From: Dictyostelium discoideum
Taxonomy: Eukaryota
Length of the DNA stretch: 64,000 nt
Reading direction: 5' to 3'
Assembly: GCA_000004695.1 (NCBI GenBank)
Contig: CM000151.3
Coordinates: forward strand, 6,016,001-6,080,000
The position numbers and the translations under genes are program-made. Each line of letters begins with the position of its first letter. Position 1 is the first letter of the stretch. This document shows, piece by piece, positions 15,068 to 29,705 of the stretch. Below the pieces are notes generated by a model. It ran no database searches. It worked only from the letters and a program-made list of their open reading frames with translations, and had not been told where the DNA came from.

Positions 15068-15416
15068 AAAAAATAAGAAGCTTTTGGGAAATTTTAAACA
15101 AAAAAAAAAAAACAAAAAAATAAAAAAATAAAATAAAATTTTAACCTGATATTTTTAAATAAAAAAAAAACAGATATTTTAAATAAAAATAAAAAAAGAT
15201 TTTTTTAAAATAAAAAAAAAACAAATTTTTTAAAATAAAAAAAAAGACCCGAAGTGGCATTTTTATTTTTTTTTATTTTTATTTTTTTTTATTTTAGTAT
15301 CCTCCATCAATTTTATAAATGTTATCATTCTATCCTAAAAATGTTGTATGTGTAATTTTTTTTTTTTTTTTTTTTTTTTTGAAAATAAATTTATTTTAAC
15401 CTTTTGTGTTTAGATT

Positions 15417-15500
15417 ACCGGCTCTTTAATTAGGCCAGGACCTACAATATTTCCAGCAGGTTCGAACTCTGGTGGTAAACCAACTCCAGCAATATCAATT
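15417..15500 (-). other. Orphan GC-richer exon-like island: acceptor-like tttatttag followed by an ORF (ILNVCLIDIAGVGLPPEFEPAGNIVGPGLIKEPVI*) with no identifiable upstream exons
   Basis: Local G+C far above flank. Host-preferred codons on the minus strand (ttc, ggt, cca, gaa). Bounded by poly-T/AG on one side and a stop on the other. Could be a terminal exon, gene fragment or decayed element. Confidence 0.25.
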
Positions 15501-15664
15501 AAACAAACATTTAAAATCTAAATAAATTAAAAAGAAGAAAATAATTCTTTAATTTCAATTTCAATTTTTTTTTTTTTTTTTTTTTCAATTATGTAATTCT
15601 TTTTTTTAAAACAATTTTTAATAGAGTCATGTAGAATGATAAAGATGAAAAAACTATTTACAAT

Positions 15665-15696
<32 letters not shown>

Positions 15697-15762
15697 TTTA
15701 ATTGAGGCAAGATTTTCAAAATTTAAAATATATAATTTTTTATTTTTTATTTTTTTATTTAT

Positions 15763-16185
15763 TTATTTTTTATTTTTTTCAAAATTATCTCTTGTTAAAA
15801 TATTAAAAGAGATTGGAGTAAAAGGCTTCTCACATTTACCACACCACCATCGTTTTTTGTCATGTCTGAAAGATGGGGGACAATTACATTTTTTACATTT
15901 GATATCAATTTTCAATTGGTCATTTATTATTTTTTTTTGTGATTTTTCTTTTTTTAAACTAATTTTTTTTTGTTTAAATTTTGTAATTTTTGGACTTTTT
16001 GGGATAATTGATTTTATATTTGTATTAATATTATTATTATTATTATTACTATTATTTTTATTATTATTTGGAATAAAATTAGTTATTGTTGAATAATTAT
16101 CATAACTTTCTGGAAAACCCAAAGGATTTAATAAAAAATTAATCTTTAATTTTTCATTTATTTTATTAAATTGGAAGCTATCCAT
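15763..16185 (-). CDS. Small C4 zinc-ribbon protein, paralog of 10463-10864
   Basis: 140-aa ORF with the same C-terminal C-x2-C-x14-C-x2-C...EKPFTPISF module. It sits in the same position relative to a Maa paralog as the first copy. Confidence 0.55.
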   Translation of the reverse strand: MDSFQFNKINEKLKINFLLNPLGFPESYDNYSTITNFIPNNNKNNSNNNNNNINTNIKSIIPKSPKITKFKQKKISLKKEKSQKKIINDQLKIDIKCKKCNCPPSFRHDKKRWWCGKCEKPFTPISFNILTRDNFEKNKK

Positions 16186-17382
16186 TTTATTGATTTATTT
16201 TTTATTACAATATTTATTATTTGTTTAATTTTTTATTTTTTTTATTTTTTTTTTTTTTTTTTCAAAAAATTATAAAAACAATTTTTTTATTTTGCGATTA
16301 TGGTAATTTTTTATAGTTTATAAGACAAATATAATTGAAAAAAAAGTAATCAACCTTGTCCAATTATTTTCAATTTAAGCAAAAAATAAAAAAATAAAAA
16401 AAATTAAAAAATAAAAATAAAAAAAAAAATTAATAAATTAATAAATAAATGATTATTTTTTTCATTAAAATTATTTAAATAATGTTGCAAGGTATTTAGA
16501 ATTTTTTTGTTAAAAAAAACAAAACCAATTTGGAAAAAAAGGGAATCTTAATGGTAGTGTTTATTTGAGTGTGAAATGTGTTTGGTAGTTATTTTTTTTT
16601 TTTTTTTTTTTTTAATTTTTTTTTTTTTTACATATAATTGATGCACTAAAAAACCCCCTTTGAGTGTGATTGTTTAAAAAAAAAATAAAAAAAATTTATA
16701 AAAAAATAAATTAGTTTTTACTTTTGTTAATCTTTAACAACAAGATATTATCTTTAATAATATTATTTTGACTTACTTAATATCACCACACCAATAAATA
16801 AAAAAGGAAATTAAATTGAAAAAAAATTGATATTTTAAAATTATTGGAATATGTGTTTTTTGGATTATTTGTGTGGTTAAAAAGGGGGGAGAGGGGGTAG
16901 AAATTTAACACATGGCTCACGTGCTCAATCTGGACAGTATAATTATTTTATTAAATACAATGAACACACAAATATAATGGCAAGAAGTGATGTGGATTGT
17001 CAGTTAACATTTTTTATTTTTAAATTTTTTTTTTAATATTGTTAATTATTTTGATTTGTATTTTTTTTTTACTTTTTAAACAATTTTATGTTATCCTTCT
17101 TGTTTTATTCTTTATTATTATTATTTTTTTTTTTTTTTAAGTTTGATTAAAATGATGATAAATACACTGATTTACTCATAAAGGGTTAAAATTAATTGAA
17201 AGTGTTTGTTATAAAATATAAAAAAAAAATATTAAAAAAAAAATTAAAATAAAAAAAAAGAAATCAAAAATAAAAAAAGATAAATAAATAAAAAAAATTT
17301 ATATTGCATATTTAAATTTATTGTTTTATTTTTAATTTTGTTATTTTTTATTTATATAATTTATTTTTTTCAATAAACTATT

Positions 17383-17844
17383 TTAAAACTTAATTTTTCC
17401 ACTTAAAATTGAAGAATACATTTTCATATCTCCTCTGAAAGACCAAATTGGATATTTGAAAGTTGCTGGTTTATTTTTTTCAATAAAGAAATGACCTGTA
17501 AATAAAAAAAAAAAAATAAAATAAATAAATAAAAAAAAAAAAAAAATGAATATTAGTATTTATTAATAAAAAAAACTTTATTATTAAAAAATAAATAAAT
17601 AAAAAAAATAATAATTACCAGCCCAAGCAAAACTATAACCAAAAACCAAAGCTAATAATAAATATCTGTATTGTCCAGTTAATAAAGCATAAACAATAGT
17701 TAAGAAACCTAAGGTGGTACCAACAAAGTGTAATCTTCTGTTAGTTCTGTTAGTGTGTTCCTTTAAATAGTATGGATAAAATTCTTTAAAGTTGTTATAT
17801 ACAATGAGTTCTTGTGCCATTTTTGAATTACCTGTTTTAAACAC
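17383..17844 (-). CDS. DUF962 / Mpo1-like small membrane protein, 2 exons
   Basis: Exon 1 is 17844-17619 (FKEFYPYYLKEHTNRTNRRLHFVGTTLGF fits the DUF962 signature), donor gtaatt, intron 17618-17496. Exon 2 is 17495-17383 (HFFIEKNKPATFKYPIWSFRGDMKMYSSILSGKIKF*). The true start may be the second Met (MAQELIVY) at 17820. Confidence 0.65.
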
Positions 17845-18545
17845 TGAAAATGTTAAATAAAAATGAAAAAAAAAAAAAAAAAAAAAAATTCATTCCCAAC
17901 GATTAATTGAAAAAAAAATTAAAAAAAAATTAAAATAAATTGTTTTTTTCAATTAATCATTCCAAAAAATCAAAAAAAAAATCAAAAAATCAAAAAAAAA
18001 AAAAAAAAAAAAAATATCTACTCACTCGTCATGGTCAAAAACTTTCGAAAAGTTATTAGAACCATTAAGAATAGAAGTTTTGTGCATGTCTATGATAAAA
18101 TGGTATCAAAGATATTAATTATTAACAAAATCTATTTTTTTAAAATAAAATTATTTTTTAATAATATTATTATTTTTTTTTTTTTTTTATTTTAATTATT
18201 TTTTTTAACTTTTTTTTTTTGGTGTGACCAAATAAAAAAGAATGTTATCATCAACAATGGTAAAAAAAAAAAAAAAATATTTTTGAACAAAAATTACCAT
18301 TTCCTTTTTCGCCATAACGATAATATTTAATTTCGGAATTTGACAAAAAAAAAAAATAAAAAGAGTTCCATGAAAAAATTAATAAAAAAAAAAATAAAAT
18401 AAAAATAAAAAAAATTAAAAAAATAAAAAAAAAAATAAAATTAATTAAAAAAAAAAAAACATTAATTCTCAAATTTTTTTTTATTGTATTTTTTATTTTT
18501 TTATTTTTCAAAAAACCCAATTATTTACTCTTCACACACACATAA

Positions 18546-21716
<3,171 letters not shown>

Positions 21717-21797
21717 AAAAAATAAAAAATAAAAATAATAAAATAATAAAACAATAATAATAAAAATGATAATAAATTAATAATTTAATTTTTTTAT

Positions 21798-24206
21798 TTA
21801 AAATCTTTTTTTATTACGTGGTTTTCCAATTTTAGCTTTTAGTTCAACTTTTTTATTTTTTAATTTTCTTGGTTTTAATTTTGGTTTATATTCTTCTTTA
21901 TATTGTTCTTGTTCTTGTTCATCTTGTTCTTGTTCTTCTTGATCATGTTGTTGTTCATCTTGTTGTTGAAGTTCATCTTTATAGATTTCAGATTCTTTAA
22001 TACCTAAAAGTTTTGGTGAAATCTCTAATGATTCAATACCTTTAGCTCTAATTTGTTTAACACGTTCAATGTTTGGTTTTTGTAATGATCTAGCTTGAAT
22101 ACGCCAACATTCACCTAAAATGATTGAAGATGCTTGTGAAACGTTTAATGATTCAATTAAACCTGTACCTGGAATTGAAATTGAAACAGTTGACTTTTTA
22201 CTAATTGTTCTACTAATACCCTTTGTTTCTGAACCTAATACCAATACAATTGGTTTAAGTCCTAAAACTCTATTTGACTCATCAGAATATAATGAGATAT
22301 TCTTTGTTAATGATTTTAGTGGTTTGAATTGTTCAACGATGCCATTGTCAGCATTGTCATCAATGAGTTTATTACTTGCAGTTGTAACTACTTCCCAACC
22401 ATTTTCAACAAATTCATCTAAAACTTCAGCAGCATCTCTACGTAAATAAAGTTGAGAGATATTACAATATTCAACAGCACCACGACTGCTACGATAACTT
22501 TCAGCAGAGTATGGATTGATTGAGCCTGTTTTCTTATCAAATTCATTCACAAAGATAACAGATTCAACACCAAATAAAACAGCACTACGAATGATTGCAC
22601 CAATATTTTGAGGATTTTCAATTCCATCCAACAATAAAACCACTGGTTTTGAACCTGAACCTAATGAATTGAATTTAATTTGATTTAAAATTTTTGATTT
22701 TGAAAATTCACTAGAGAAAGAATGAACTTTATTGGTGAATGGTGAATTTGAAAGGAAATTGGCTTTTTCCATCTCTTTATCAAATAATTCTTTAGTTGGC
22801 ATACAATATTTCTTTTTTGTAACTGCACAAATACCACCATGATGAATTGTACCACTAACTTTTCTTAAAGTTTCTTCACTCTCTTCTTCATTCAATATTT
22901 TATAAGTTTTACTTGAATCTACAAAATGTTTAATCAATGCTTTCAATTCTAATTTATTATCTTTATAAAATTTACTGTCAATATATAATTTAACTAAATC
23001 TTCTGGTCTTCTTTCAAATATTGATAAAACTGATCTAATTTGTGATATATGTATTTCATTCTTTTTTTCTTCATTATAATTATTATTATTATTATTTTCT
23101 TGTTTTTCAATTTCATTTTCATTTTCATTTTCATTTTCATTTTCATTTTCATTTTCATTTTCATTATTATTATAATTATTATTATTATTATTATTATTTC
23201 TATTATAACTATTATAATTATTATTATTATTAGTATCATCAATATCTATACTACTTTTAGATTTTAATATATAATTTCTATTTTGAGTATCAGTTATTGT
23301 GGGTTTTTTATTTGGTTGGTAACTTTTTAAAGGTGGTGTTGGTAAATCTTCATTTTCAATTTTTTTATCTTCATTGGTTTTTAAATTTCTAACTCTTTTT
23401 TGACTAAATACTTTTTCACTATTTAGAGTGACAATTGGTGAAGGTTCATCATTATTTTCCAAATTTATATTTTTATAAGATTTTCTTTCTTTTGTTAACA
23501 TACTACCTAAACCCATTCTTGAAGATTTAATTGGTTCTTTATCAAAAGTTTTTAATCCATAAATTCTTTTTTGAGAATCAATAGTTTTTTCATTTTCATG
23601 TTTATTAATAGTTTTTGAAGGTTTTAATCTTGAATATCTTTTTGGAGAATCATCAATTTTTTCATTTCCATTATTATTATTATTATTACTATTATCATTT
23701 ATTGGTTTTATTGTTTTAACTCCACTTGAAGTTCTTTTTTGAGAATAAATAATTTCACGATCTACATTATTATTATTATCGTTGATTTTTTCAATTCTTG
23801 GTTTTATTGAAACTTCTGATGAAGTTCTATTTTTAGTGACTTTTTTACTTTCATTATCAACATTGTTGTTACTATTTTTTGGTTTAGTTATAACTTCACC
23901 TGAACTTCTTTGAATGTCACCTGAATTTACATTTATATCATTATTTTTATTAATGTTGTTGTTGTTGTCGTTGTTATCATTTTTTGGTTTTATAATAACT
24001 TCACTTGAATCTCTTAAATTTCTTCTACCTCCTTTAGTTGAATATGATAATGATGGAATTATTGATGTTAACGAATTAGATATTATCATTGTGGATGATA
24101 TGCTTTGATTTCTACCAATAATATTTAATACTCTGGTACCACTATTTGATAAGGATAACATTTTATTTGAGCTATTATTACACCTGTTTAATATGTTCCC
24201 AAACAT
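21798..24206 (-). CDS. SpoU/TrmH-family RNA 2'-O-ribose methyltransferase (MRM1-like, probably mitochondrial) with about 500-aa low-complexity N-terminal extension
   Basis: 802-aa ORF. C-terminal SPOUT motifs VVLLLDGIENPQNIGAIIRSA, IVLVLGSETKGIS and IPGTGLIESLNVSQASSIILGE. N-terminal MFGNILNRC... is presequence-like. Contains (NE)8 from an (ATTTTC)n repeat. Confidence 0.8.
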   Translation of the reverse strand: MFGNILNRCNNSSNKMLSLSNSGTRVLNIIGRNQSISSTMIISNSLTSIIPSLSYSTKGGRRNLRDSSEVIIKPKNDNNDNNNNINKNNDINVNSGDIQRSSGEVITKPKNSNNNVDNESKKVTKNRTSSEVSIKPRIEKINDNNNNVDREIIYSQKRTSSGVKTIKPINDNSNNNNNNGNEKIDDSPKRYSRLKPSKTINKHENEKTIDSQKRIYGLKTFDKEPIKSSRMGLGSMLTKERKSYKNINLENNDEPSPIVTLNSEKVFSQKRVRNLKTNEDKKIENEDLPTPPLKSYQPNKKPTITDTQNRNYILKSKSSIDIDDTNNNNNYNSYNRNNNNNNNNYNNNENENENENENENENENEIEKQENNNNNNYNEEKKNEIHISQIRSVLSIFERRPEDLVKLYIDSKFYKDNKLELKALIKHFVDSSKTYKILNEEESEETLRKVSGTIHHGGICAVTKKKYCMPTKELFDKEMEKANFLSNSPFTNKVHSFSSEFSKSKILNQIKFNSLGSGSKPVVLLLDGIENPQNIGAIIRSAVLFGVESVIFVNEFDKKTGSINPYSAESYRSSRGAVEYCNISQLYLRRDAAEVLDEFVENGWEVVTTASNKLIDDNADNGIVEQFKPLKSLTKNISLYSDESNRVLGLKPIVLVLGSETKGISRTISKKSTVSISIPGTGLIESLNVSQASSIILGECWRIQARSLQKPNIERVKQIRAKGIESLEISPKLLGIKESEIYKDELQQQDEQQHDQEEQEQDEQEQEQYKEEYKPKLKPRKLKNKKVELKAKIGKPRNKKRF
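23113..23166. repeat. (ATTTTC)9 hexamer repeat encoding (NE)n on the minus strand inside the SpoU gene
   Basis: Direct inspection of cattttcattttc... Confidence 0.9.
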
Positions 24207-24577
24207 TGTTTTTTTTTTATTCGTTTTTTTTTTAGAATGAAAAATAAATAAAAAAAAAATGGAATTTATTTTTTTTTCGTTTTTTATTTTTTTTTTTTTT
24301 TTTTTTTTTAAAAATTTTATTTAATTATAAAAAAAATTATTGTCTAAAAAAAAAAAAAAAAAATATACCATTCTTTTTTTTTTTTTTTTTTTATATTCTA
24401 AATAATTTTTTGTATTTTTGAGTCTTCTAAATCTATATTAAAATAAATAAAATTAAAAAAATAAAAATAAAAAAATATAAATTTTCAAATCTGTTAAGAT
24501 ATTTGGAAAATTTATTGATGAAAAAAAAAAAAAAATCCCAAAATATTATTTTTATTATTTTTATTTTTTAAAAATTA

Positions 24578-25543
24578 TTAACATTTATTTGTTAAAATAT
24601 TAATTAATATAGTAATAAAAGTTGTTGTCGGAGAGGTAATGAAATTATTAATTTCATTGTTTATAAGATTACGACAATTTTCATTTTGAGTAGCAGTTTT
24701 AATTAAAGTAATAAATAAATTCCAAGTTAATGAACTTTGAGCAATATCATCAATGGCAAACATGGACATTACAACATTATTTTGATTTTTTGAAAATCTT
24801 GGAATAAATGGTGGGAAATCAAAAATTGATATCATTGATGATGGTAATGATTTACTTAATGTTGAAACTTGAGTATAGTTTGTATTAAAATTAACAACAG
24901 CAATGACATCAACAAAATGAGCCCAACCATTCCCAAATTTCTTTTCTTTCAATGGTAATAACGATAGAGTATCTTGAAAGATTTGACTAGCTTGGCCAAT
25001 ACTTCCAATGTGAGCATCCCACATTACTTTTAAAATTTTATCATCATTACCAAAACTACCATTATTTTTAATATTGATAATTTCTTGAAAGAATATATCC
25101 CACTGATGCATGATGTTTTGATCACATTCTAAATAGGTTGTACAGAATCTATTATCATCAATTTTAAATATTTCAACTTGTGGTACCAATCCATTATTCA
25201 TTGCTGATAAATATGGTATCACTGATAAATAATAATTCATATTACCCCACCATGATTTTAAATTAATATTTGTTGAATTTTGAATTTCCAATCTTCCAGA
25301 ACGATTTTGCCATTCCAATTGTAATTGTAATCCATATAAACAATTATTTAAATTATCAGTACCAAAAACTGGAATATTTGTTGAATTAATTAATGTTTTA
25401 TACAAATCAATTCTCTCTTGATAAACCCATGGATTTACTACTTTGGAAAAAATTAATGAAAAATTTAAAATTAAAATAAATAATGATAATAAATTATTTT
25501 TAATATAAATCATTTTATTATTATTATTGTTAATAATGATCAA
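24578..25543 (-). CDS. Secreted/membrane-anchored protein of unknown function (signal peptide, N-glycosylation sequons)
   Basis: 321-aa ORF with a hydrophobic N-terminal signal (LLSLFILILNFSLIFS). No recognisable catalytic motif. Confidence 0.5.
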   Translation of the reverse strand: MIIINNNNNKMIYIKNNLLSLFILILNFSLIFSKVVNPWVYQERIDLYKTLINSTNIPVFGTDNLNNCLYGLQLQLEWQNRSGRLEIQNSTNINLKSWWGNMNYYLSVIPYLSAMNNGLVPQVEIFKIDDNRFCTTYLECDQNIMHQWDIFFQEIINIKNNGSFGNDDKILKVMWDAHIGSIGQASQIFQDTLSLLPLKEKKFGNGWAHFVDVIAVVNFNTNYTQVSTLSKSLPSSMISIFDFPPFIPRFSKNQNNVVMSMFAIDDIAQSSLTWNLFITLIKTATQNENCRNLINNEINNFITSPTTTFITILINILTNKC

Positions 25544-25811
25544 AATGATTTTTTTTTTCTAATTTCAAACTTGTGTTTTTTTTATTATTATTTTTTTTTT
25601 TTTTTTAAATTATATTATTTTTTTTTTTTTTTTTTTTTATTTGGTATTATCATATCTCCCGTTAAAAAAAAGTAAAAAAAAAAAAAAAACCCCTACTTTG
25701 CTAATGCTGATGGTCTTATTTTTTGACCATTAACAACAAAAAAGAAAATCAATACACAAAAATCACGTGGCATCATAAAAAATGTTTTAACAACTATTAA
25801 CTTGGGTTCCG

Positions 25812-25852
<41 letters not shown>

Positions 25853-26280
25853 CAATGAAAGGTCACAAACACACTGGTGTGGTCATCTTGAAAAGTCATT
25901 CTAACTTTTTTTTTTTTTTTATAATAATTATTATTTTCATTTTCATTAATTTTATTTTTATTTTTATAACATTTAATGGTGCTTAAAAATAATAAAAAAT
26001 AAAAATAAAAACTATTGGTTTAAAACAAATTCTGTAATTTTATAATTTTTCAAACATTGTAACTTTTATTTTTATTTTTTTTTATTTTTTTTTTTTTTAT
26101 TTTTGTTTTTATTTTTTATTTTTATTTTTATTTTTATTTTTATGTTTGTTGATTTATTATTTCCAACATTTTCATGTTGCTGATATTATTATTACTTATT
26201 ATTTCTATTATTCAATATGAATAATAGTAATTTTGAATATTTTTTTTTTAGTTTTAAAAAAAAAAATATATATTTTAATA

Positions 26281-28641
26281 TTAAATAAGTGGTAATGTAT
26301 CATTATTTTTGTTATTACTTCCATCATTGGAGTGATGTTGGCTGTTATTGTTAATAATAATATTGTTGTTGTTGTTATTGTTATTACCATTATCATTATT
26401 ATTATTATCACTTTGATGAATACTATCAGTATTTATATTTATATTTAAATCTAAATCTGAATCGAAATCCAAATCTTCATCATCATCATCTTCCTCATCA
26501 TCATCGAAACGTAATGGATTAGAATCCAATTCATGATCGTGTGAGGATTGAATAACCATTTTTTCAAAGATTTCAATTGCTTCATTTGCTAAAGGTGGTA
26601 CTCTCTTTCTAAACCAAGGTTTGAAGTATTTATCATCAAATGATTCATAAAGTTTAGTTCTATCTTTTTGTTTGGTTTGCTTACTCATTGGTTTTGAAAT
26701 ATTGTCCAAAGACTGATCGGTTTGTGATGTTTTAATACCCAATACTCTTAATAAAGGATATGTACCCATACCAAACACAAAGATTGTAAACACCACAACC
26801 AATAATGTATTGGTTCTAATATATGCATTCATATGTTCATCCTCTGAAATATAATCCAAAGACAAAGAGAATGCAAATGCTCCTCTTAAACCTGCAAACC
26901 AAATAGCAACTTGAATTACCCATGGTATTTTTGTCTTTAAAAATTTATTTAATAAAAAACACATTGGAAATACTGATATTGCTCTTGCTAAACATGTAAA
27001 TAACTTAATTTTAAAAAATATATATATATATATATATAAATATTAGATAAGTATTTTAATTATTAATCTATTTATATCTATCTGTAAATATCATATGACA
27101 CACTTACAATACTCCAAGAGAATAAACCAAGATCAAATTTGAATTCATGGGCAGTTAAACTTAAACCAAAATAAAGGAATAAGAAAGTTTCAGAGATGAA
27201 AGCAGCAGTTCTAAATAATTGACCACTTGTTAACTTTGTATAGGGTGATAAACTATAGGCACCATATTGATTTAAAGTGATACCGAAAAAGAATACCGCC
27301 AATACACCAGAGATATCCAATGCACCTGCCAACACATAAGACATATATGAAAACATAACCATGAAAATGGTTTCCAATGCAGGGAATTTACCAATGTTGA
27401 TCCATTTCAAAATCAATGATAATAACAATGCCATAACTACACCCAATATTACTGAACCAATTGCAACCACTGTAAACATTGCACAACTTATAATGATATC
27501 TCTTGTACTTGTATCTTCAACAACACTATATAACATCATTGAAGTTGCATCATTTAAAATACTTTCACCTAGTACTAAAATATATAACATTGGATCAACA
27601 TTTAATGCTTGAAAAATTGCTAATGTACAAACTGGATCTGTACTACTAATAATTGATCCAAATCTATTTTTTTATAATAAAAAATCAAAAAAAAAAAAAA
27701 AAAAATATATTTATTAGCATCACATATGTTGGTGAATTGAATTGAATTGAATTGAATTGAATTGAATTGAAAATATAAAATACTTACGCAAATGAATCTT
27801 TTAATGAAAGTGCTATTGATACACCAAAGTAACCAACTATATAAATGCCAAATCCAACAACTAAAAATGTAATAATTGTACCAAATACAGCAAACATTAA
27901 AATTGGTCCAATATTATTAAAGAAATCAGTCTGAAAAAAAAAAAAAAAAAGAAATAAATTATTAATATTTATTTTTATTTTTTATTTTTTATTTTTTATT
28001 TTTTTATTTTTTTATTTTTTATTTTAAAAAATACAAACTTTATGTAAAGAATAACCAGTTTCAAAGATAATTGTTGGTAAAATGAATAAAAAGAAATTCT
28101 CTGGTTCGAAACTAACGACATGATTTACAATATCACTATAAAAGAATCTGAAAACAATACCCAATATAATTCCATATGTGACGACGGCAACTGATTCTGG
28201 TACGAATGGTATATCCAATGAAATGATGAAATAAACTATTAATACTGACCCTGTTAAAATTAACATAATAATAAAGATAATTGTATTTGCTTCACGTTGA
28301 TTTGCTAATGCATTTTGTTTGGTATTGTTTTTTTCGCCACAGCTACCACTATTACTACTACTACCGAATAATATTTCAGTACTACTACTATCTATACCAA
28401 TATCATGTATTAAATGATTTTGATTTTCTGGTGTTATTAATATTTTATTATTATCGTCGTCATCATCACCATCACCATCATTATTATTATTAATATTAAT
28501 ATTTTTGTTGTCGTTATTGCTATTATCACTATTATAATGATTATTGCTTTTTATTAATGTTGTTTTAGTCGATGAAACACTTGAGTAAAATAAAGATAAT
28601 AAAAGAACAACTATTAATATATAACTTTTGTTCAATTTCAT
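26281..28641 (-). CDS. Na+/H+ exchanger (CPA1/NHE family), 4 exons
   Basis: Exons 28641-28039 (signal plus TM, ...ETGYSLHK, donor gtttgt), 27930-27788 (TDFFNNIGPILMFAVFG..., donor gtaagt), 27663-27108 (FGSIISSTDPVCTLAIF...LGESILNDA...SWSI, donor gtaagt) and 27003-26281 (LFTCLARAISVFP...FAGLRGAFAFSLSL..., acidic tail). Phases 0/2/0 are consistent and colinear with human NHE1 core motifs. Possibly Dictyostelium nhe1. Confidence 0.8.
27727..27771. repeat. (GAATTG)7 hexamer repeat inside NHE intron 2
   Basis: ggtgaattgaattgaattgaattgaattgaattgaa. Confidence 0.9.
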
Positions 28642-29300
28642 TATTATTTTTTATTTTATTTTTTTTTTTTTTTAAAAGTTTTTTTTTTTTTTTTTTTTTC
28701 GTGTAATAAATATGTATAAATTGTATGTGCGTTTTGTTAAAAATAATTATCACTTCTTGTTTTTTTTTTTATTTATTTATTTATTTATATTTTTTTTTTT
28801 TTTTTTTTTTTTTATCTATAATAATTAAAAAAATAATAAAAAAAAAAAAAAAAAAAATTTATAATTATAGTAATATTATGACATGAGAGTAAAATGAATA
28901 TTATTTGAATATCTTTGTGTGTGAAGGGTGGTGTGGATGTCTTTGAAAATTTTAAAATAAAAAAGAAAAAAAAAAAAAAAAACAAAAAACAAAAAAAACA
29001 AAAAAAAAAAAAAAAAAAATTAAACAAAGCAAAAAAAATAAAAAATAAAAAAAAAAATAAATTAAAAAAAAAATAAATAAAAAAAAGCATCTTAACTGGT
29101 AAAAGTTTGAAGTCTTTATTTCATGTCAAAAAGTACCTTTTTTTTTTTTTGTTTTTTTTTTAATTTTTTTTTAATTTTTTTTTTTTTTTTATCCTGTATA
29201 GAATCTAAATTGTAGATAAATATCTACACATCAACTTAATCTATGAAAATAGTTTTGACACTTGAGAAAATAGAAAAATATTTTTTTTTTATAAATAATT

Positions 29301-29348
<48 letters not shown>

Positions 29349-29705
29349 ATAATAATAATAATAATTAAAATTCTTATAATTATTTTTTATTCCCACCCAA
29401 GAAAAAAAAACATCATCATCATCATCATTGCTGCGACCTTTTATAAAAAGATATTTTTGCGTTTTTGTTTTTTTTTTATTTTTTTATTTTTAAATTTTTT
29501 TTTTTTTTTTTTTTTTTTCAAAACTAAATCTTTTTTTTTTATTTTTTTATTTTTTTTTTTCCTCTAAATATCCCAATTTTATTATTTATTTTTATTTATT
29601 CATTTATTTTTTTACCAACCCTTATTTATTTAATTTTTTTTTAAAATAAGAAAAAAAAAAAAAAAAAAAAAAAATAAATAAATAAATAAATAAAATTTTT
29701 AAAAG

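Noticed and set aside
15455-15480. tRNA-like B-box (ggttcgaactc)
   Set aside because: Two mismatches to the GGTTCGANTCC consensus, no A box at proper spacing upstream and no cloverleaf. Part of the orphan exon-like island instead.
18251-18520. Short ORFs made of poly-K/poly-F (also 28812-29090, 39994-40365, 46941-47315, 48645-48845)
   Set aside because: Translations of poly(A)/poly(T) or trinucleotide arrays in intergenic or intronic DNA.
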